A stretch of 16,821 bases of DNA from Candidatus Anstonellales archaeon. Its GTDB lineage: Archaea > Micrarchaeota > Micrarchaeia > Anstonellales > J096. Below the pieces are notes generated by a model. The model worked only from the letters and a program-made list of their open reading frames with translations. It was not told where the DNA came from and did no database searches. The DNA lies in assembly GCA_038896535.1 (NCBI GenBank), contig JAWACY010000005.1:1-16821 (forward strand). Reading direction: 5' to 3'. Position numbers and translations under genes: made by a program. Shown here in pieces: positions 1 to 6,402 of this stretch. The stretch's first letter is position 1; every line of letters starts with the position of its first letter.

Positions 1-69
1 TATTATCTTATTCTTATGCAAAGGAATTTTAACACAAGTTGCTTCAGGATCTTGTTCAAATACCGGCAT
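1..69 (-). CDS. 5' end of a hypothetical protein running off the left edge (MPVFEQDPEATCVKIPLHKNKII...)
   Basis: Manual translation: minus-strand ATG at 69, preceded by an SD-like GGTGG, is open to position 1. An alternative in-frame ATG lies at 87. Too short to assign a function. Confidence 0.5.
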   Translation of the reverse strand, partial: MPVFEQDPEATCVKIPLHKNKII

Positions 70-167
70 AAAACCACCAGTTTTCATTCAAAACTCTAAA
101 AATTTAAAACATAAAATTTAAAAATCATATTAATATAATAGGGTTTCTCATATATCCACATCAGTAT

Positions 168-205
168 TAATCACATAAATAATGAAATAATATAATCACA
201 TAAAT
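168..205. repeat. 13-bp direct repeat TAATCACATAAAT x2 (25-bp period)
   Basis: Exact copies at 168-180 and 193-205 in intergenic DNA. Confidence 0.8.
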
Positions 206-226
206 GATATCAGATAAAAAATAACG

Positions 227-1336
227 TCATATAAATATCTCTTTATGCTTTTTATCGGGCCCTTTAATGCATATTTTTGGATTAAATAGGATGTGCTTAA
301 ATTCTTCGCCAATGCCATAATCATAAAATAATGAGCTTATTATTCTCTTAACATGTCCTGCTCCGACAACAACAGCAATTTTTCTATATTGCTCTATTTC
401 TATTAATTTTCTTAATGCATCAGCAAATGCTATATCGCCATAGAAAAGAAGGTAATTTGATTTCCATTTTTCCACTTCATTATTAATATAAATGCCTTTA
501 TAACCAATGCTTATGCTATTGCCAGAATTACCAAAAATATAAAATAAACTTGTATTATCCCAACCGAGTAATGCGTGTAAATAAAATGGGCCATTATGTT
601 TAATTAGAAAAGCTAAGTCATTTTCAAAACCATTCATCATACACCAAAGCTCTAAATATTTGAACATTTTATTACTCGAGCGCATTTCAATATCTGCAAC
701 ATCAATTTTTCTACTTAGCTTTTTAGCAATATAACCAAAAAACTCAGAATAAAATCTTTTGTGCAAACATTTCATATCGTCTTTTGGGTATGATTCAAGA
801 GCAATAATATCAAGTTCAAATTTATCTATAAGGCCATGCAAAAAATGACATGTAGCTTTAGAAAAATGCGCTGAATGCATGACACCAATTATGTATATAT
901 GTTTACAATTATTGGCCCCTATTCTTGTAACTTCATAAATTGGCTTGAATAAATTAGCTTTTTGATATGCAGGTTGATATGCAGGCATGGTTTTTGCTAA
1001 ATCTAATAAATACATCTCTTCTTGCTTGCTAAATTCGAGAGGAGTAAAATGAACTTTATCTCCATTTTTTGTAAATGCTCCGGCATTTTCTAAGTCATAA
1101 TAAAGGTTATATAAATTTTTCTTTAATCTCTCTAAAACATGCAGTTCTTCATCAGAAAATTTAATGTTTCCCAAAGAATTAATGAATCCTATAAATTTAT
1201 AAAAAGCAGTATTATACTTACTTTTATATCCCTGCTCAATTCTTCTTTTTATTTCTATTGGTTGTATGCTTCCTATTGCTTTTTTACTTTGTATTGGTTT
1301 CATGCTTTTTGCTTGCTCTAATTCAATGTTTACCAT
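227..1336 (-). CDS. TraB/PrgY/GumN (TIKI-like) family protein with N-terminal extension
   Basis: 369-aa ORF with IYIIGVMH (family GTxH), DIIALES (family VAVEL) and KIAVVVGAGHV (family VVGAGH) in the expected order. The start lies 4 nt after the patatin stop. Confidence 0.7.
   Translation of the reverse strand: MVNIELEQAKSMKPIQSKKAIGSIQPIEIKRRIEQGYKSKYNTAFYKFIGFINSLGNIKFSDEELHVLERLKKNLYNLYYDLENAGAFTKNGDKVHFTPLEFSKQEEMYLLDLAKTMPAYQPAYQKANLFKPIYEVTRIGANNCKHIYIIGVMHSAHFSKATCHFLHGLIDKFELDIIALESYPKDDMKCLHKRFYSEFFGYIAKKLSRKIDVADIEMRSSNKMFKYLELWCMMNGFENDLAFLIKHNGPFYLHALLGWDNTSLFYIFGNSGNSISIGYKGIYINNEVEKWKSNYLLFYGDIAFADALRKLIEIEQYRKIAVVVGAGHVKRIISSLFYDYGIGEEFKHILFNPKICIKGPDKKHKEIFI
962..985. repeat. 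In-frame 12-bp tandem duplication TTGATATGCAGG x2 (PAYQPAYQ)
   Basis: Exact copies at 962-973 and 974-985. Confidence 0.9.
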
Positions 1337-1340
1337 ATTA

Positions 1341-2921
1341 TCACTCTTTAATTACTTCTTCTTTCAAGTTTTCTTCTTTCAAGTTTTTTAGGAGTAAAAG
1401 AGATGCAAATTCTTTTCCTATTTTATAACCATATGAAGCAAGTTTTTCCATACCATTTTTATCAGATAAGCCAATACCCTCAAGCTCTCCATTCGCGTTT
1501 GGATTTATTAATAAAACAGCTTCACCGCTCTCTAAAATTCTTGGCGTATTTCTTAAAGTATTTATTATATTATGCACATATAATGCATCATTTGCTTTCA
1601 TTGCTCTTACAGGGGCTATGCCTTGTATGAATATAGAGAATTGCTGCTTTATCCAATGCCAAAGGCCTTTTAATGCTATTTTCAAGCCAGCAAACACCTT
1701 TTTCTCTTTCTCGTAAAAACTTATCTCTTTTTTAACGATCTTGACATGCTCTTTTAATGTAAAATGCTGGGTAACTCTTCCTTCAATAGGGTCAAGCTCG
1801 TTTAAGTTTAATGCAATTATGAATGCTTTTTTCTTAAGAATTCTGGCAATGCCTAATGCTGTCATTATTGGCAATGGTTGTGTTATGTTGCCATCCTCTA
1901 ATCTTATGAAACTTGACTTTGCTCTAGCCTCTCTTAACTCTCTCCCCTCAAACCATATCTTGTTTAATTCAGCATTTGTTTCAGTTGGTTGCGGCACAAT
2001 GCCAGGGATTGAGCAACTTCCCCAGACTGCTTTTGCAACAGGCATGTTTTTGGAAAAGCATATGCTATCATTACTTGTGCAGCCTATTATATTACTTCTC
2101 CATGGCGGGACTGTAGTTATTATAAAGCAATCTGCCATATCCTCAATTTTTGTTTTTCCAAATGCCTTGTTCAATATCTTTGGCAGCCAATAACCTATGA
2201 CCCCATTACCAAATGATAAAAAAAATGTTCCTGCATTTGTTATAGGCGAGAAACAAAATGAAATTGTTTTTGCATTTATGTGCTTTTCTATTTTTTCTAA
2301 GTTCCCATATGCCATTGAAGCAGCAGCAATTGCACCAGCAGAACTGCCAACAACATAATCTGGCCAAAGCTCCTCTTCTGTCAGTGCCTTTATAAAACCC
2401 ATGTAAAAAGCGCCCTTTGCCCCTCCGCCAGAGAAAACAAAGCATATTGCAGCATTTTCATCTATATTTTTATCTCCTATAAATGCAAATTTTGCTCTGG
2501 CTTTAGGCCCTAACAACGGCGTTTGGCCTTTTAATTCTATTACATCTATGATTAGCTCGTATGTTTTTGGTAATCTTAATCTCATTATTTCATCATATTC
2601 TTTTATTACTTCTTTTACTTTTTCCTCATCTTCAGCTTTTTCAAGCGAAGAAAAAAAGGATTTTAATAATCTCATTTCATTTCTTCTTTCAACCTCAATG
2701 CCATTTTTTTTAAGTTTTAATATTTCTAACCTTGCTGCTCTATGTTCCAGCAGTATTTCAATTGCTTTATTTAATTCTTTTTTATTTATTGCTTCTGAGA
2801 GCCTTGATATTAAATTATTTCTCTCATACTCATCAATTATCTTTTTTGCTATTGAGGGCATGTTTTTTAATATTCTTTTTTTTGTTCTGCCCTCCATCCA
2901 AGGCATTAATCTTAATGCCAT
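1341..2921 (-). CDS. Patatin-like phospholipase with ~150-aa charged helical N-terminal extension
   Basis: 526 aa. Oxyanion loop SGGGAKG (GGGAKG at 2412-2429), nucleophile elbow GSSAG (2334-2348), SCSIPG, and catalytic Asp in a DGN motif (1887-1895). Confidence 0.9.
   Translation of the reverse strand: MALRLMPWMEGRTKKRILKNMPSIAKKIIDEYERNNLISRLSEAINKKELNKAIEILLEHRAARLEILKLKKNGIEVERRNEMRLLKSFFSSLEKAEDEEKVKEVIKEYDEIMRLRLPKTYELIIDVIELKGQTPLLGPKARAKFAFIGDKNIDENAAICFVFSGGGAKGAFYMGFIKALTEEELWPDYVVGSSAGAIAAASMAYGNLEKIEKHINAKTISFCFSPITNAGTFFLSFGNGVIGYWLPKILNKAFGKTKIEDMADCFIITTVPPWRSNIIGCTSNDSICFSKNMPVAKAVWGSCSIPGIVPQPTETNAELNKIWFEGRELREARAKSSFIRLEDGNITQPLPIMTALGIARILKKKAFIIALNLNELDPIEGRVTQHFTLKEHVKIVKKEISFYEKEKKVFAGLKIALKGLWHWIKQQFSIFIQGIAPVRAMKANDALYVHNIINTLRNTPRILESGEAVLLINPNANGELEGIGLSDKNGMEKLASYGYKIGKEFASLLLLKNLKEENLKEEVIKE
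1356..1385. repeat. In-frame 15-bp tandem duplication TTCTTCTTTCAAGTT x2 (NLKEE NLKEE)
   Basis: Exact copies at 1356-1370 and 1371-1385, at the patatin C-terminus. Confidence 0.9.
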
Positions 2922-3219
2922 ACAAATTTAGTGGTAGAAACAATTTTAAAATACTTCTGCGGATATTTCGCTTTAAACAAATACAAAAAAACATTTATAA
3001 AAACATTCATAGTAAAAGTTTGGAAAAGTTATAATAAAGAAGAAAGCATGTTTTTTGTTTAAATTTTAAAGTCAGAGAATAGTGGCGATTTTGTATATAA
3101 ACATTAAATATAAAATAGAAAAGTAAATTTTACAGAATAGAAAAATCATTTAATAATTAAAAAAAACGGCAATATTGTAGAAAAAGATTTTTTATGTTAT
3201 TTTTTTGTATTCAGAAAAA

Positions 3220-3275
3220 GAAATATTTTTAAATAAGAATGAGAAAATTATACAAGGGCCAGTGCCCTAAGGTGG
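3220..3275 (+). promoter_or_regulatory. Putative archaeal BRE/TATA promoter, 5' hairpin and Shine-Dalgarno site of ftsZ
   Basis: Purine-rich GAAA (3220-3223), TTTAAATA (3228-3235), hairpin AGGGC-CAGT-GCCCT (3255-3268), and GGTGG (3271-3275) before the ATG at 3280. Confidence 0.5.
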
Positions 3276-3279
3276 AAAT

Positions 3280-4359
3280 ATGGAAGACTTAATAAAAAAT
3301 GTGTTGGGTGATAGGTCAGATGCAAGTAGTGAGAAAAAAGAGCCATTGATCTTAAGCAACGACCAGATAAAAATTGTTACAATAGGAGTTGGAGGCGGTG
3401 GATGCAACACAATAAATAGGCTGGTAAGGTTTGGAGTAAAAGGCACTGATTTAGTTGCTGTAAATACAGATAAAGAGCATTTAAATATTATGCATGATAA
3501 AGTAAAAAAGATACTTATTGGAGGAAGCATAACAAGAGGCCTTGGAGCTGGTGGTTTTCCAGATGTTGGAGAAAAAGCTGCTAATGTAGATAAGCCATTG
3601 TTAAGAGAAGCCTTAGAAGGAGCACAGCTCGTATTTATTTGTGCAGGTATGGGTGGAGGAACAGGAGGAGGAGCTGCTCCTGTTGTAGCCCAGATAGCAA
3701 AAGAGATGGGAGCAATAACAATAGCTATGGTAACATACCCATTTAATCTTGAAAAAGCAAGAAAGAAAAAGGCAGATGAGAGCATAAGAAAATTAAGAAA
3801 ATATACTGATTCAGTAATAATATTAGATAACAACAGATTGGTGCAGTTATTCCCAAACTTGAGAATAACAGAAGCATTTGCAGTTGCTGATGAGATTTTA
3901 GCAAGAGCAATAGGCGGGCTTGTATGGACAATAACACAGCCATCATTGATAAATATAGATTTTGCAGATGTTAGAGCAATAATGCAAGGAGGAGGAGTTG
4001 GTTTTATAGCAGTAGGAGATGGAAGAGGAAATGAAAAGGTAAGGCAAGCAGCAGAAGGCGTTATAAAGAATAGACTTTTAGACGTTGATTTTGAAGGAGC
4101 AAAAGGGGCTTTAATACATATTACAGGAGGAACTGATTTGACATTAGGAGATGCAATACAAGCAGGAGAGATGATAACAGAGAGAATGGATACTGAAGCA
4201 AATGTAAAATGGGGAGCAAGAATAATGGACAATTATGAAGGAAAGCTTGAAATAGTTGCAATTGTAGCAGGAGTTAAAGGAGCAAGCATTGCTGGAGAGC
4301 CTTTAGATGTAGATGAACATTATGCTGTTCAGCATAGCTCAGGCATAGACGTACTTTGA
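3280..4359 (+). CDS. ftsZ: Cell division GTPase FtsZ (archaeal FtsZ2-like)
   Basis: GVGGGGCN, AVNTD, TRGLGAGG, GMGGGTGGGAAP, T7 loop LINIDFADV and WGAR. The segments TITQPSLIN and C-terminal GIDVL resemble archaeal FtsZ2 (paralog assignment from recall). Confidence 0.97.
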   Translation: MEDLIKNVLGDRSDASSEKKEPLILSNDQIKIVTIGVGGGGCNTINRLVRFGVKGTDLVAVNTDKEHLNIMHDKVKKILIGGSITRGLGAGGFPDVGEKAANVDKPLLREALEGAQLVFICAGMGGGTGGGAAPVVAQIAKEMGAITIAMVTYPFNLEKARKKKADESIRKLRKYTDSVIILDNNRLVQLFPNLRITEAFAVADEILARAIGGLVWTITQPSLINIDFADVRAIMQGGGVGFIAVGDGRGNEKVRQAAEGVIKNRLLDVDFEGAKGALIHITGGTDLTLGDAIQAGEMITERMDTEANVKWGARIMDNYEGKLEIVAIVAGVKGASIAGEPLDVDEHYAVQHSSGIDVL

Positions 4360-4396
4360 TTCAGCTTAAGGTAAGTTAATAATATAAGCTAAGAAC

Positions 4397-4456
4397 CTTG
4401 TCCTTTTTTTTCTTTTTTATTTTTTCTTTTTCTCTCTTTTTTCTCTTTTTTCTCTC
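4397..4456 (+). terminator. Pyrimidine/oligo-T tract downstream of ftsZ, probable archaeal intrinsic terminator
   Basis: About 60 nt almost entirely T/C with repeated TTTTTTCTC units, starting ~40 nt after the ftsZ stop. Confidence 0.55.
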
Positions 4457-4493
4457 GTATGCTTGTGTTTATTAAATATGATTTTGCCCCTGT

Positions 4494-4667
4494 TGGCTCA
4501 TATATGGCTCATATACATCTTAGATTAGGGGTTTAATTATTTACATGTTTAATTATTTACATGTTTATATGCTGTTTTTATAATTTATAATTTTTATAAT
4601 TTATAATTTATGATTACGTCAAAATTAAATCACAACATTAAATCACAACATCACAATTACATCACAA
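4494..4667. repeat. Cluster of unrelated two-copy tandem repeats (11, 16, 16 and 13-bp units, plus ACATCACAA x2)
   Basis: TGGCTCATATA x2 (4494-4515); GTTTAATTATTTACAT x2 plus a partial copy (4531-4567); TTTTTATAATTTATAA x2 (4575-4606); ATTAAATCACAAC x2 (4624-4649); ACATCACAA at 4648-4656 and 4659-4667. Confidence 0.9.
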
Positions 4668-4868
4668 AGAATATAGAAAGCTCAATATATTTTGCATCAC
4701 ATTCTTTAATTGCTTTTATTATCTCTATTATTTTATTACCCCTATTAATTCCTTTTTATCAGGAAGATTGTTAAAGAAAACAGGGTTAAGCATAATTGCA
4801 ACAGCTTCATTTATTATCTTTTCATCTTTATTGGCTAGAATTTCTTCGCCTGATTTACCCTTTATCAT
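4657..4868 (-). pseudogene. Possible frameshifted gene remnant or 46-aa small protein
   Basis: Minus-strand 4868-4728 reads MIKGKSGEEILANKDEKIINEAVAIMLNPVFFNNLPDKKELIGVIK*. A frameshift at the GGGG run near 4740 would continue as GNKIIEIIKAIKECDAKYIELSIFFVM* to 4657. Composition resembles the neighbouring genes. Confidence 0.35.
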
Positions 4869-5033
4869 TATTCAAATTGCTGGCATAAATTTGGGGGTAA
4901 AATGTGTTGGCTATTTGTCAATTCCTTTTATTTCTCATTTTATTTCCTTATTTTTTATTTTTTATTTATTTTTTATTAAATGATAAGTTTTTAAAGTGAT
5001 GAATAATAAAAATAACTGTTGGGGTTGGGGAAA

Positions 5034-5969
5034 ATGCATAGAGAGAAGCAAATAAATACTTGCAATGAAAACAATGAAAAATGCAATAATGATATAAATA
5101 GCAATGAGCATAACAAGGAATATAGCAAGAAGAAAAAAATATGGAAAAAGAAGTTTTTTTGGTTTTCAGCATTTTCATGCTCTGCCTTAATTTGGGCAAG
5201 TGCAGTTGTATACAATGCTTATACAAAAATAACAAATGTCCCGCCATCAGGCATGTGCATTATTAATGATGAAAAATTCAGATGCATTTATTTTGGAAAA
5301 AATAAGGAGCGCATAAATGAAATAAAAGAAGCTTATGAAAATTTATTTCAGAATATTCCAATTTCATTTGCCCTATTATTCCCAGATGCATTCAAGGGGA
5401 AAACTTCAGTAAACTCTGGTTTTCATGAAAGCTTTACTGGCATTATCGGCATTGTTTTGGATGATGATGCAAAGCTAAATGCAGTGCATGAGTTATTCCA
5501 TAAAATTTTTGATGAACTATTAAGCCAGGCTGAAAAACAGGATATGCTTTATTTAATTAAAAAAACATTAATGATTGTGCCAGAATTTGGCGTATGGAAC
5601 CAATTATATAATTCAATAGACCCTGATTTTATTACAAAAAGTTTTGATGAGCAAGTGAATGAATGCATGCTTAAATTAAAAATAAATGATAGGCAAACAT
5701 GTGAGTCATTTGTAAGATTAATAGCTTTTAATTCAAAAGTTAAGTTGTTCCTGCCAAAAAAAGCATTAAATGAACTTGATTTATCCGATATAAGTGAGGT
5801 TTATGCAAATTTTGGCACTGAAATGCTGCATAAAAAACCATTGCCAGCAATTCTGTTTAAATTTTATGAAAAAACAGGAGCAATAAAGAGATTAGATATT
5901 GATAATAACAGTTTGACAATAAAAGATTTAGAGAAAATAAAAATGTTTATGCATAAAATGAAAGAATGA
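5034..5969 (+). CDS. Putative membrane-anchored zinc metalloprotease (HExxH zincin-like)
   Basis: ATG 5034 follows GGGGTTGGGG (the track uses TTG 5019). Asn-rich, then Lys-rich N-terminus; hydrophobic segment FFWFSAFSCSALIWASAVVY; HELFH (5487-5501); distal SEVYA as candidate third ligand (Glu at 5796). Confidence 0.6.
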   Translation: MHREKQINTCNENNEKCNNDINSNEHNKEYSKKKKIWKKKFFWFSAFSCSALIWASAVVYNAYTKITNVPPSGMCIINDEKFRCIYFGKNKERINEIKEAYENLFQNIPISFALLFPDAFKGKTSVNSGFHESFTGIIGIVLDDDAKLNAVHELFHKIFDELLSQAEKQDMLYLIKKTLMIVPEFGVWNQLYNSIDPDFITKSFDEQVNECMLKLKINDRQTCESFVRLIAFNSKVKLFLPKKALNELDLSDISEVYANFGTEMLHKKPLPAILFKFYEKTGAIKRLDIDNNSLTIKDLEKIKMFMHKMKE

Positions 5970-5971
5970 AA

Positions 5972-6044
5972 TGGGCCTGCCAGGATTCGAACCTGGGATC
6001 TCTCCCATGTCAAGGGAGCGTCTTAACCCCTCGACTACAGGCCC
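5972..6044 (-). tRNA. tRNA-Val (anticodon GAC), intronless, CCA not encoded
   Basis: Reverse complement folds as a cloverleaf: acceptor GGGCCTG/CAGGCCC plus discriminator A, D-arm GTC...GAC, anticodon stem CTCCC/GGGAG with loop TT-GAC-AT, T-arm CCAGG-TTCGAAT-CCTGG. Length 73 nt. Confidence 0.97.
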
Positions 6045-6078
6045 TAAAATTTTTACTAAATCTTTATTTATTTTCTCT

Positions 6079-6369
6079 TTATTTATATTCTTGTTCTATT
6101 ATTAAATAAGGATTTTGTTCAATAATTTTTAAATATTTAAATGGTACAATGTTTTCTAACCCATTATTTATTAGAGATAGAGAAAGCTTGATTTTTGTTT
6201 TTTCATGCTTTGCCCTTGCATAAATTGCTCTTGATATAAAATAAGCCATTTCATAATCCTTTGATTTTATGCTTTTTTCTATTAGCATTATATTATCTAA
6301 ATCATCAAAAGCGTTGTTTGCAATCATTTCCTTATACAGCTTTAGATAATTCATATAAATATTTTGCAT
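6079..6369 (-). CDS. Hypothetical protein, ~96 aa (MQNIYMNYLKLYKEM...)
   Basis: The track ORF 6079-6486 overlaps the Lon-like gene head-to-head. Starting at ATG 6369 removes the overlap and leaves a helical, K/I/E-rich protein filling the gap up to the tRNA. Confidence 0.55.
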   Translation of the reverse strand: MQNIYMNYLKLYKEMIANNAFDDLDNIMLIEKSIKSKDYEMAYFISRAIYARAKHEKTKIKLSLSLINNGLENIVPFKYLKIIEQNPYLIIEQEYK

Positions 6370-6402
6370 ATACTTTTTATAAATCTTTTCATAAATATTT
6401 TT

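Noticed and set aside
1139..3034. Short ORFs overlapping the patatin and TraB genes (1139, 1403, 1741, 2206, 2548, 2732)
   Set aside because: Antisense or off-frame shadows with the F/L/S-rich composition expected from the reverse of K/E-rich genes.
3267..4232. 321-aa minus-strand ORF antisense to ftsZ
   Set aside because: It is a codon-register shadow of ftsZ: the Pro/Ser/Ile-rich sequence mirrors GGA/GCA/ATA codons and carries no motif.
4494..4667. Repeat cluster as a CRISPR array or replication origin
   Set aside because: The units differ from each other and have no spacers. No cas gene, ORB-like G-string motif or cdc6/orc1 gene is present in the window.
4768..5247. ORFs 4768-4983 (+), 4966-5247 (-) and 4991-5215 (-) as membrane proteins
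   Set aside because: Their hydrophobicity derives from T-rich antisense sequence, and the opposite strand is the coding-like one in each case.
5972..6044. tRNA-Val as the attachment site of an integrated element
   Set aside because: I found no second copy of the tRNA 3' end and no integrase in the window. An att copy outside the window cannot be excluded.
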